A stretch of 64,000 bases of DNA from Legionellales bacterium. Its GTDB lineage: Bacteria > Pseudomonadota > Gammaproteobacteria > Comchoanobacterales > Comchoanobacteraceae. A program made the position numbers and the translations under genes. The stretch is taken from NCBI GenBank assembly GCA_002690495.1, contig NZEV01000035.1, positions 10,310-74,309 on the forward strand, in the 5' to 3' direction. A model generated the notes under the pieces. That model was not told the origin of the DNA and searched no databases. It saw only the letters and a program-made list of their open reading frames with translations. Each line of letters begins with the position of its first letter. Position 1 is the first letter of the stretch. Below, in pieces: positions 11,010 to 19,906 of the stretch.

Positions 11010-11950
11010 AAGTACTTGTCATTTGTCAACACCATCATGGACAGCTCAACCCATTAAATGCTGCTGTATTGCAAGCTAGTCTAAAATTTCATCAACGTTG
11101 TGATGCATTATTGATTGGTCATCAACTTGAACAAGCAATCAAAGATTTAATCCACTACCCGATGATTGAACAAATCATTACTTGTGATCAACCTATTTAT
11201 GAACATCAATTAGCTGAAAATGTCAGCCAAGTCATTGCTAAAATTGGTGAAGAATATGATGTTATTCTTGCCCTAGGCTCTACTTGGGCGAAAGATATTT
11301 TACCAAGAGCTAGTGCATTATTAGGTGTTGCGATGCACAGTGATGTCATTGAAATCAAGAGTAAAGAAATATTTAAACGCCCTGTTTATGCAGGCAACGC
11401 CATTAAAACCATTAAAGATCAGCAAAAAAAGAAAGTCATGTCTATTCGCGCGACCGCTTTTGAGAAGGCATCCATCGACACAAAACATACCGCTAAAATA
11501 GTCTCTAACTCAACTAACATTTCGTGTCAAAAAACAAAATTCATCCGTTCTGAAACACCAGAATCATCGAGACCAGAACTCACTGCAGCTGATGTTGTTG
11601 TTTCGGGTGGACGAGGATTTGGCAGCAAAGAAAACTTTCAAAGACTTGAAAAATTAGCTGATCAATTAGGTGCTGCTATTGGTGCATCACGTGCTGCAGT
11701 TGATGCAGGGTATGTCCCCAATGACTATCAAGTGGGTCAAACGGGTAAAATTATTGCTCCTCAATTATATCTTTGTTTTGGTATTTCTGGTGCCATCCAA
11801 CACTTAGCAGGGATGAAAGACAGTAAAATAATCATTGCAATTAACAAAGATCCTGAAGCGCCGATTTTCAAAGTCGCTGACTATCACTTTGTTGGTGACC
11901 TTTTTGAAGTGCTTGACGCGTTAGAGAAACAATTAGTGTTACCAAAATAA
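11006..11950 (+). CDS. etfA: electron transfer flavoprotein alpha subunit
   Basis: 4-nt overlap with etfB. C-terminal FAD-binding signature VVSGGRG...IGASRAAVDAGYVPNDYQVGQTGKIIAPQLYLCFGISGAIQHLAGM. Confidence 0.92.
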   Translation: MKVLVICQHHHGQLNPLNAAVLQASLKFHQRCDALLIGHQLEQAIKDLIHYPMIEQIITCDQPIYEHQLAENVSQVIAKIGEEYDVILALGSTWAKDILPRASALLGVAMHSDVIEIKSKEIFKRPVYAGNAIKTIKDQQKKKVMSIRATAFEKASIDTKHTAKIVSNSTNISCQKTKFIRSETPESSRPELTAADVVVSGGRGFGSKENFQRLEKLADQLGAAIGASRAAVDAGYVPNDYQVGQTGKIIAPQLYLCFGISGAIQHLAGMKDSKIIIAINKDPEAPIFKVADYHFVGDLFEVLDALEKQLVLPK

Positions 11951-12036
11951 TAACGCTTGCTTTTTTTCGAATCACTCTGATTTAATTTTAATTATTTAAT
12001 AAATCCTTAATGTAATTTGGCTAATATAAAATAAGA

Positions 12037-14181
12037 ATGATAAAAAAAATTAAACCATGTTTATACAAAATATCCGGTGACCATCAGGTGGAACGCGAAT
12101 TTTCTGATGTTGATGCCCCTTGGTATTTACGCATGTGGGTTCTTTTTTTGTTCGACTGGTTTGGGAGTACAAGATGGTTAAACCAACTCTCAAAAAAACA
12201 AGCTATTGATCATTGTGTTAAACTTTCCCTTTTACACATTGAGTCAATTGAACAAAACCAACAACTCAAGACCATTTATGATCTACTCATATCATTTGAA
12301 GATCATTTTTCCGAACATCCATTTTTAAAATCATTTTGCGCTGCTTTCTTAATGTCTGAGTGTGTCACTTCAGCCTGTTATGAATCATATCTCATATTAA
12401 CGAATCATGTTGACCAAATCACCCAGAGTACTTTCCATCAAAAAAACCCCCATTTTTGTGACATTAAAGCCAATAGAGCCAATTTTCCATTAGTAGCTCA
12501 TTTAATTAATCAAGGCCATATACCTCAAAATTTCAAATCTTCCTCACTATTACCAGGATACGATATAGACAGAGAATTGATCAGATTTAATTTTATTTGG
12601 TCTATTGAGGTATTCTCATCAAATATTCCGTACCATTTTGGCAGAGAATTAATTCTCCTATTTCTAAAAACCAATGAAGATGATTTGCTGCACCAGTTAT
12701 TCAAAATATACCCAATGAGTTATGCAGCGTTAAATCATACTTTTGATTGCAATATTAATGGAGAAATGCAGAAACACAATATTTTATCATTATGTATTAT
12801 TTTTGGAAAATGGGATCTTGTTGGGCAAATTATTTCACATTGTGACCAAAGCACCATGATCGAATTTCCACGTATCAAGATTCCAGTGTTTCTCTTGTAT
12901 GCTGGTCGATTTGAATCAAGTCGCTTTGATCAAACGACACAGTCTAAGATAAAAACATACATCTCCGAGAATAAATATAAGTTTTATGATCCTCCCAATC
13001 AGGGTGATACTTATGTGATACAGGTTAATAAGCATGGCAATGATATAAAAATAGTTAAAATGCCCAAGCTATTCGCTTTATGCTATGATGGCCTGTATGA
13101 TATTGCATTTCAGCATTTAAAATTAAATTCAAGCATACTTTTTGAACAAGGTTATGATTTATATAGAGGAATACTCCAAAGAACGACTGATCAGAGTACA
13201 TATACTTTATATCGCTTTAATTATAGACCCTCTAATTGGTTAACCTCAGCACTCAAAATTTTATTAGATTCTTTACTTCAGTTCACAAGTCCAAATTTAG
13301 AGCCGAGGATAAATAGCGCTGAACAATTAGCTATTGAGATAATCAAAAACAATACCAAACTAAATATTTATAATTTAAATTGGTTATTAAGTCAGTATGA
13401 AATTGAATATAGTTTTAAAAATGCTGCTGAATCTCGTATTTACAAAACCATATTCATGTTTATTGCAGACCAATTAGATACCATCATTTTTGGCAATGAT
13501 AGCAGCACTGACCCAATAGATTCTCAAGCGGCCTTGGTCGAAATACATAATTTCCTTAATAAGGTCCGTCAATCTCCAAAGGCGCAACAAATGTTAGCTC
13601 ATTGTGCTCCTATCTTTGCTGCTTTTTATGATCTTAATCCATACTTAGACCTTCCGTTTTGTGACATCACAGAGTACGAAAAACTATGTCGTCATTGGAC
13701 TGCAGAAACAAAAATTGAAGATGTACACACTTTCCCCCAATTATTTGCACGCATGATGTCATCTGAGCTCAACGATGATACCCATTCGCAATGTGTTTCA
13801 AAAACCCAATTAAACAACCAGTATAATCTGGTCTTGTATCAAGTGTTGCGTCATCATAAATGGCAAATTCACTCATCCATCAACCAAATCATTTTATCTA
13901 GTAATCATGGATTAAGTCAGACCATAATCACCCATCTACTTCGTTTACCAAAAGAAATAGATCTAACCGGACTGTACGTACACTACTATCACAATCTCTC
14001 TCTTTATTGTCAAAATGAGCAAATTGGAAGGCATATTCATGGTTTTCTGTTTAGTGAAGACGCACTAGATCACAAGATCATGAGCCTCTTTAATTATGCA
14101 AAAATAAGATCTCACTCAAAAAAATTAATCAGAGATACCGCCAACAATGAGCAAAAGGAATTAGGGTGCCGGTGTTTTTAA
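12037..14181 (+). CDS. large orphan protein (714 aa), function unknown; candidate secreted effector
   Basis: Long uninterrupted ORF in an otherwise dense region. I recognise no catalytic motif. It is a helical, Cys/His/Gln-rich sequence ending ...NNEQKELGCRCF. Confidence 0.55.
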   Translation: MIKKIKPCLYKISGDHQVEREFSDVDAPWYLRMWVLFLFDWFGSTRWLNQLSKKQAIDHCVKLSLLHIESIEQNQQLKTIYDLLISFEDHFSEHPFLKSFCAAFLMSECVTSACYESYLILTNHVDQITQSTFHQKNPHFCDIKANRANFPLVAHLINQGHIPQNFKSSSLLPGYDIDRELIRFNFIWSIEVFSSNIPYHFGRELILLFLKTNEDDLLHQLFKIYPMSYAALNHTFDCNINGEMQKHNILSLCIIFGKWDLVGQIISHCDQSTMIEFPRIKIPVFLLYAGRFESSRFDQTTQSKIKTYISENKYKFYDPPNQGDTYVIQVNKHGNDIKIVKMPKLFALCYDGLYDIAFQHLKLNSSILFEQGYDLYRGILQRTTDQSTYTLYRFNYRPSNWLTSALKILLDSLLQFTSPNLEPRINSAEQLAIEIIKNNTKLNIYNLNWLLSQYEIEYSFKNAAESRIYKTIFMFIADQLDTIIFGNDSSTDPIDSQAALVEIHNFLNKVRQSPKAQQMLAHCAPIFAAFYDLNPYLDLPFCDITEYEKLCRHWTAETKIEDVHTFPQLFARMMSSELNDDTHSQCVSKTQLNNQYNLVLYQVLRHHKWQIHSSINQIILSSNHGLSQTIITHLLRLPKEIDLTGLYVHYYHNLSLYCQNEQIGRHIHGFLFSEDALDHKIMSLFNYAKIRSHSKKLIRDTANNEQKELGCRCF

Positions 14182-14212
14182 CAGCGGTTCATACCCTCAT
14201 TTTAAAATTGTA

Positions 14213-14842
14213 CTAGACTCTTGATGCGAGGAATGCATTGACACCTTCTCCTAACATCATAAATGCCATTGCAACAAGAATGACACCCATCACCTTAGTG
14301 ACGATACGAACTCCTGAATCTTTCAATATAGACTTAATGTCAGGTGCAAAATATAAAAAAGTGTATATGATCAGCACCAAAATTAAATTTGCGACACTCA
14401 CCTTTAACTTATCAAACAATGATGGGGCTGCCCTGGAGACAAAGACCATAACCACTGTCATCGCACCAGGACCAGTGATCAGTGGTAATGACATTGGCAC
14501 CACAGCAATATCAGGTGTTTTATTTTGCTTTGGATCTTGATCAACTTGATGCATACTGGTTTGATTTGATTGCAACATATGAAGACCCATTAATGTAATG
14601 ATGAGACCTCCGGCTAATTGTAGTGCATAAATTTTAATACCAAATAAATTCAGTATAGAGGCTCCCAAAAAAGTCACCACTAGTAGGATGATAAAACAAG
14701 AGAAAGCAGTTTTTCGAGCTATCTGTCTCTGAGTGGTGATAGGTTGATCTCCAACGAGGCCAAGAAATATCCCCACCCCACCAAATGGGTTTGTCATTGC
14801 AAACATGGTGGTGAAATACATTACTAAATCTTGATAACCCAT
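14213..14842 (-). CDS. MarC family (UPF0056) integral membrane protein
   Basis: 209 aa with about 6 TM segments. The N-terminal TNPFGGVGIFLGL motif is characteristic of the MarC family. Confidence 0.8.
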   Translation of the reverse strand: MGYQDLVMYFTTMFAMTNPFGGVGIFLGLVGDQPITTQRQIARKTAFSCFIILLVVTFLGASILNLFGIKIYALQLAGGLIITLMGLHMLQSNQTSMHQVDQDPKQNKTPDIAVVPMSLPLITGPGAMTVVMVFVSRAAPSLFDKLKVSVANLILVLIIYTFLYFAPDIKSILKDSGVRIVTKVMGVILVAMAFMMLGEGVNAFLASRV

Positions 14843-14956
14843 AAAAAAATACCTCAGTCAAAAACATCATCATAACTCAAATCATTTGACATTCACAATG
14901 ATTTGATCTGAATAACACCTCAAGAAAATTTGCTTGACTCAGCGAATGTATGTTAA

Positions 14957-16258
14957 ATGTTATTTCAATTTGAGAAAATGATTAAACTACTCCATGTCTT
15001 CGTGTGGGGCCCACCAATGATGATGTTGCTTCTGGGCGTGGGTATTGTTCTAATGATTCGGTTGAGATGTGTGCCTCTCACCCAATTATTTTCATCGTTC
15101 AAAGCGTTATCCCGTTCGAATGATCATGGCGACATTACCCCTTTAGAGTCGTTAATGACCATATTGGCTTCAACTGTTGGTATCGGTAACATTGCAGGTA
15201 TTGCAACAGCAATTGCGATTGGTGGACCGGGCGCATTATTTTGGATGAACTGTGCAGCAATCATTGGTATGGCAACAGCCTATTCTGAGGCTTATTTAGC
15301 TGTTAAATACCGTGAAAAATCCCCTAATGGCGAATATATTGGTGGACCTATGTATTATATCCAAAATGGCTTAAAAAAGCCCCTACAAGCTACTTTATTT
15401 GCTATTTTTGGTACCATTGCAGGGCTTGGCATAGTCATGGTGCAATCAAATACTGTGGCACAAATTGCGTTTGAGCACTTTTCAATCAATGAACTGCAAA
15501 GTGGGCTAATCATGGCAGTCTGTATTGCGATTACAATTATTGGTGGTATTAAGCAAATTGCAAAGGCATCGGCTTACTTAGTCCCATTGATGTCCGCGAT
15601 CTATATCATCGCGTGTATGATCGGTATTCTCCTGCATGTTCGTGATATTCCAGGTATCATTGCACTCGTCATTCATCATGCCTTTGAACCCACCGCTGCA
15701 TCAGGAGGTTTTTTGGGTGCATCAATTTTCTTAACCATGCAAATGGGTATTGGGCGAGGCATTTTCTCTAATGAAGCAGGACTGGGCTCAACGCCCATAC
15801 TACATGCCTGTGCGAAAACAAATAGCCCTCACCAGCAGAGATTAATTGGTGCCTTAGGGCCATGCATTGATACACTCTTGATTTGTAATCTAACAGGGTT
15901 GGTCATCTTGTTATCTGGCTTTTGGAATAGTGGTATTAATGGTGCTGAATTAACGGCAAGAAGCATGAGCCAATTACTCCCACTCACCCAACATTGGATT
16001 GTGAGCATTTCTGTCATATTATTTGCATTCACATCCATTCTGGGATGGTATGTCTACAGTGAGCGTTGTTTGAGGTTTTTAGCCGGTGAGATGATCATTC
16101 GCCCTTACCAATTTTTTTGGATCATTGTCATTCCCATTGGCGCATCGATGGCACTCAATCTTGTTTGGCTGATGGCAGATATTGCTAACGCGTTGATGGC
16201 CATTCCAAATTTAATTGCATTATATGCGCTTAGACATCAAATCAATACCTCAGATTAA
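14957..16258 (+). CDS. alanine/glycine:cation symporter (AGCS family)
   Basis: Polytopic protein. TILASTVGIGNIAGIATAIAIGGPGALFWM and NEAGLGSTP are signature segments of the sodium:alanine symporter family. Confidence 0.88.
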   Translation: MLFQFEKMIKLLHVFVWGPPMMMLLLGVGIVLMIRLRCVPLTQLFSSFKALSRSNDHGDITPLESLMTILASTVGIGNIAGIATAIAIGGPGALFWMNCAAIIGMATAYSEAYLAVKYREKSPNGEYIGGPMYYIQNGLKKPLQATLFAIFGTIAGLGIVMVQSNTVAQIAFEHFSINELQSGLIMAVCIAITIIGGIKQIAKASAYLVPLMSAIYIIACMIGILLHVRDIPGIIALVIHHAFEPTAASGGFLGASIFLTMQMGIGRGIFSNEAGLGSTPILHACAKTNSPHQQRLIGALGPCIDTLLICNLTGLVILLSGFWNSGINGAELTARSMSQLLPLTQHWIVSISVILFAFTSILGWYVYSERCLRFLAGEMIIRPYQFFWIIVIPIGASMALNLVWLMADIANALMAIPNLIALYALRHQINTSD

Positions 16259-16389
16259 TAACCGCCATCATTTCATGCTAAACACCAGGGTGATCGGCTA
16301 TTCAAATCAGACCTTCCACTCATTTCACTCTAATGATTCTAATGGCAATACTAGCAAATAATGATCAATTGCGTTAAAATTGTATTTAT

Positions 16390-16758
16390 GGGGGCGCTTG
16401 GCTTCGACGTGAATTACAAAACTCGAGGTGCATGTCGAGCTTGCAAAGTAGCTCGTAAAACCAATTGCTCAACATATAGTTGCAAACAAAAAAGCATCTA
16501 ACGATGCCTTCTTCGCTGAAGACGCAATAGCGGCCTAAGTGAACCACAACAAGTTTGTGCTTGTGCGAATTTAGCGTGGTCATATTACACAAGATCGCAT
16601 ACTTAGAAGCCTAGTCTAAGTGTGTTAAATAAATAGGATCGGTATTTTGCCTTTTGCACATTAAAGGCTCAATATTTAAATCAATCAATGATGCTAAGCA
16701 TGTAGTACCAACAGCGGCGGATTTGCGGACGCGGGTTCGATTCCCGCCGCCTCCACCA
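16390..16758 (+). ncRNA. ssrA: transfer-messenger RNA (tmRNA, SsrA)
   Basis: The 5' GGGGGCG pairs with the 3' CGCCUCC, including the G3:U wobble, followed by ACCA. The T-arm GGACGCGGGTTCGATTCCCGCCGCCTCCACCA is canonical. An internal tag ORF follows AUAGUU. A T-run (TTTTTATT) follows the 3' end. Confidence 0.93.
16482..16538 (+). other. tmRNA tag-peptide reading frame: ANKKASNDAFFAEDAIAA-stop
   Basis: The resume codon GCA is preceded by AUAUAGUU (compare E. coli AUAGUC-GCA). There are 18 sense codons, then TAA. The hydrophobic AIAA terminus is as expected for a ClpXP/SspB degron. Confidence 0.8.
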
Positions 16759-16761
16759 TTT

Positions 16762-17991
16762 TTATTCCTTTGGTTTCCATTGAAGTGACATCTCCCCTTT
16801 CATATTGATTAGCTCAAACTGTGATGGTAAATCGACCACATTCAACAATGCACCAAGAGATTCAATTGTTTTAAGGGGCGTGTTGGTTAAAAATCCATCT
16901 ATTGATAAATCATGGTTGTTATAATCATAGCCTGTGAAAGTTGGTGTTTGGGGTAAGCCCCAATGAAATGACTGTGGAATATTGGCGTGGGTTGTGAGCC
17001 AAGACTCAGTATGATTGAAATCACCTGCAAAAATACAAGGCTGATATAAATGCTTTGCTTGAGGTGCAGTCAACCATTGGTCTACTAAGCTATGTCCAAC
17101 CCCAGGGTGATGCACGGAACCAACCTGAAGATCATAACCCAATAGATGTTTAAAGCGTGCGAATATCCATGGTTTGATGCTGTGATTTTCAAATTCAAGA
17201 TTACCACACACTGGATCTTCTAAAAGACCAAAATATGATGTGTGATAGCCAATAACAACATAATCTGCTTTATTTTCTTTTTGATGATAAATAAAACGAT
17301 GATCTGGAAATAACGAAAGTAATCGTTGAGGATCTGTACACTCTTGAAAACACAGAAATGACATTTGACGCATTCGTTTTAACAATTCAGGATGAGCTGA
17401 TGCTAAATGTTTCATTCGGTTTGAAAACTTCAGGACGCCCTGATCACTCAATATATGATAAGCTAATTCAATACTATGAAATAAGATCATTTTAAAGGTC
17501 TTTTGCAACCCATGCTCTTTATTTTTCATTAAATTAAATATGTTTTGTCTATCCTGAATCAGTGCTTTTTTATTATTGCTTAGACAACTTGAAGATTGGT
17601 GTACAAAAGCCTTAATCAGCTTTTGATCGATGATCATCGATGTAGGCTCATTCTGACGAATGTAATGTTCAAAGACAAACACACCGAAATCATATAAAAA
17701 AGCATATAATCTCAGATCCTGATGAGATGATTGATAAACAGAAAAACAAAACTCTGACCCTAATAGCTGTGCTTTAATTTCTTGATATTCTGGCAATAAG
17801 CACATTAAATAATGTAAATATTGATCAGATAATAAATTCCATGTGATGATATTGATCTCAACTCCTTTGGCTAAGCTGATTGAGCACATAACAGGGATAT
17901 GATCAGAGACACCTCGAATCATCCGAATGAGTTCCGGAGAAAATACTAATTGATCTTTAAAAGACTTAGACATGTAATCAGACCATTCCAA
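16762..17991 (-). CDS. orphan protein with endonuclease/exonuclease/phosphatase (EEP, DNase I-fold)-like motifs; candidate effector
   Basis: Ordered motifs: IITWNLL (aa ~50), LCFQECT (aa ~215), GSVHHPG, FAGDFNH (GDFN), SIDGF. The N-to-E spacing is about 160 aa, far longer than in canonical EEP enzymes, and a terminal SDH motif is not evident. Confidence 0.4.
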   Translation of the reverse strand: MEWSDYMSKSFKDQLVFSPELIRMIRGVSDHIPVMCSISLAKGVEINIITWNLLSDQYLHYLMCLLPEYQEIKAQLLGSEFCFSVYQSSHQDLRLYAFLYDFGVFVFEHYIRQNEPTSMIIDQKLIKAFVHQSSSCLSNNKKALIQDRQNIFNLMKNKEHGLQKTFKMILFHSIELAYHILSDQGVLKFSNRMKHLASAHPELLKRMRQMSFLCFQECTDPQRLLSLFPDHRFIYHQKENKADYVVIGYHTSYFGLLEDPVCGNLEFENHSIKPWIFARFKHLLGYDLQVGSVHHPGVGHSLVDQWLTAPQAKHLYQPCIFAGDFNHTESWLTTHANIPQSFHWGLPQTPTFTGYDYNNHDLSIDGFLTNTPLKTIESLGALLNVVDLPSQFELINMKGEMSLQWKPKE

Positions 17992-18082
17992 ACTTGATGA
18001 CTTATTCAGTAAATCACTAATTTATATAGTATAGCACATTGAATTTATTGCTTTTTTTAGGCAAAAATGATATCCTTAGTCT

Positions 18083-19132
18083 ATGACTAAGTCTTTAAGT
18101 AACGATGAGTATAAGATCCGCACTCATTTATCTGAGTTTCTTCCATTATGCGGTGTTACTTACTCTCCAACACTCGATCATCACGATGGAAAATTATACA
18201 CATACATCCACGATATCAGTGGATATATCTTAGATCAAAGTACAATGCTTGAGTTTCCAGCATTCTCACCAAATGTACAACGTTTTCGACATTTTCAATT
18301 ATTAGTCTTAACTCCGATTATTCATGGCTTACTCACGATTCCTGTTTCTTTATTTCGTATTTTTAAATTAATCCCCATATATTATGCCTTAACGAGTGAT
18401 GATTTCTCTACATTTAGTTACAGATATTTAAGAAATTTAATCAGACTGGTTGTCCGTCCATTGAACATTTTAATGATGTGCCTATCTAACCTTATTGGTT
18501 TAGTCATGCCAATGTATGGCGCAAGAATGTATGGTGCATGGGAAGCACTCGAAGTGGGGGCGCCTATCAATCCTAATGATTATAAGAAAAAACCTTTACA
18601 TTATCTTTTATTTAACCTTTCTGATATTGGCAGCCCGCATTATTTCCTAGGCATGTGTATGCAACCATGTAAAAAAATAGAAACGAATTTGCTAGCTCAA
18701 TTGCCTCGTTATACTAAACAATACCCACTTGGCACAAATCCTACAGGATGGTTATTTACTCAGCTTTTAATCCTGAATCTTATTGAACATAATTTGATTG
18801 AATTTAATGACAATGATAAAGAAGTTGTAATTTCTCGGCTCGGAAAAACAATACAATATTTAAAAGACATTCATAAATCTGTCTATACCGAGACCGATAA
18901 TCGTGATGAGCCCTGGCCATGTCAATTAGACAACTCTAGCCCTTTTTTATGGCTTATTCAACAAATTTGTATTGCTTATGTTTTTCCTATCACTTCATTG
19001 TCATGTAGAGATTTAAACTATGAACGTTCTTTAAAAGCATCTGAGCAGCCTAACAAAACACTCATCAAGACGCTCTATACACAACTAGAAGACTTAGAAC
19101 AAAAATCAAATACAAGAACCTGCAGTTTCTAA
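18083..19132 (+). CDS. orphan membrane-associated protein (349 aa), function unknown
   Basis: Two or three hydrophobic helices in the N-terminal half (FQLLVLTPIIHGLLTIPVSLF; ILMMCLSNLIGLVMPMY). No recognisable catalytic motif. The acidic stretch EDLEQ lies near the C-terminus. Confidence 0.5.
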   Translation: MTKSLSNDEYKIRTHLSEFLPLCGVTYSPTLDHHDGKLYTYIHDISGYILDQSTMLEFPAFSPNVQRFRHFQLLVLTPIIHGLLTIPVSLFRIFKLIPIYYALTSDDFSTFSYRYLRNLIRLVVRPLNILMMCLSNLIGLVMPMYGARMYGAWEALEVGAPINPNDYKKKPLHYLLFNLSDIGSPHYFLGMCMQPCKKIETNLLAQLPRYTKQYPLGTNPTGWLFTQLLILNLIEHNLIEFNDNDKEVVISRLGKTIQYLKDIHKSVYTETDNRDEPWPCQLDNSSPFLWLIQQICIAYVFPITSLSCRDLNYERSLKASEQPNKTLIKTLYTQLEDLEQKSNTRTCSF

Positions 19133-19174
19133 AAGGATTTCCTCACACGATCTATTAATTGGTGCTATAACTAT

Positions 19175-19903
19175 GTGATGGAGATTTTCACACTAAACCA
19201 TTTATGGGCTTATCTGACATTAACCATTATGGAAATTATACTTGGTATAGATAATATCGTCTTTATCAGTATCGCCGTCTCAAAAATAAAAAATCCTTCT
19301 CTAAAAGAAAGACTAAGAAAAATTGGCTTGTTTCTCGCACTTATTCTACGTCTACTACTCTTATTCTCCATTACATGGGTCATTGGGCTTAAAGCGCCAT
19401 TATTCTCATTATTTGATTATCAAATTACTGGAAAAGACATTATATTAATCGGTGGCGGTTTGTTTTTACTTGTAAAAGGGACTTTTGAAATCCATGATAC
19501 CGTCTCTTGTGAGACACACCATACAACCACGGTTATGAGTCAATCTCCGTTTTGGATTGTGCTACAAATTGGCATCATGGATCTGATTTTTTCTCTTGAT
19601 TCAATTATTACTGCTATCGGTATGTCAAGAAATCTATGGATCATGTCATCAGCAATCATCACTGCCATTATCGTGATGCTTTTATGTGCAAAAAAAATAG
19701 GTCAATTTATTGAGCAACATCCATCGATCAAAATACTTGCACTCTCTTTCCTGATCTTAATAGGCGTCATGTTAATTGCAGAAGGATTTGAGGCTAAAAT
19801 TGACAAGTCCTATATCTATTTTGCAATTGCTTTTTCACTCTGCGTCGAATCGATTAATTTAAAGTATAAAGCCAATGAACAACATCATCATCAAAAAAAA
19901 TGA
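19175..19903 (+). CDS. TerC family integral membrane protein
   Basis: LTIMEIILGIDNIVFISI and the later IMDLIFSLDSIITAIGM are the duplicated TerC-family motifs. GTG at 19175 or ATG at 19178 could be the start. Confidence 0.85.
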   Translation: MMEIFTLNHLWAYLTLTIMEIILGIDNIVFISIAVSKIKNPSLKERLRKIGLFLALILRLLLLFSITWVIGLKAPLFSLFDYQITGKDIILIGGGLFLLVKGTFEIHDTVSCETHHTTTVMSQSPFWIVLQIGIMDLIFSLDSIITAIGMSRNLWIMSSAIITAIIVMLLCAKKIGQFIEQHPSIKILALSFLILIGVMLIAEGFEAKIDKSYIYFAIAFSLCVESINLKYKANEQHHHQKK

Positions 19904-19906
19904 AGC

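Noticed and set aside
12400-12900. Ankyrin-repeat-like stretches in the 714-aa orphan (for example NFPLVAHLINQGHIPQN and HNILSLCIIFGKWDLVGQIISHC)
   Set aside because: These are only two loose, non-adjacent resemblances. They lack the TPLH/GH..V..LL periodicity of 33-residue repeats, which is insufficient to call a domain.
16386-16592. 68-aa minus-strand ORF overlapping the 5' half of ssrA
   Set aside because: The region is fully explained by the tmRNA (acceptor stem, tag ORF, T-arm). The ORF needs a TTG start and is antisense to a structured RNA.
19121-19132. C-terminal ...TCSF of the 349-aa orphan, considered as a CaaX box
   Set aside because: The Cys is at position -3, not -4, so it does not fit the CaaX geometry.
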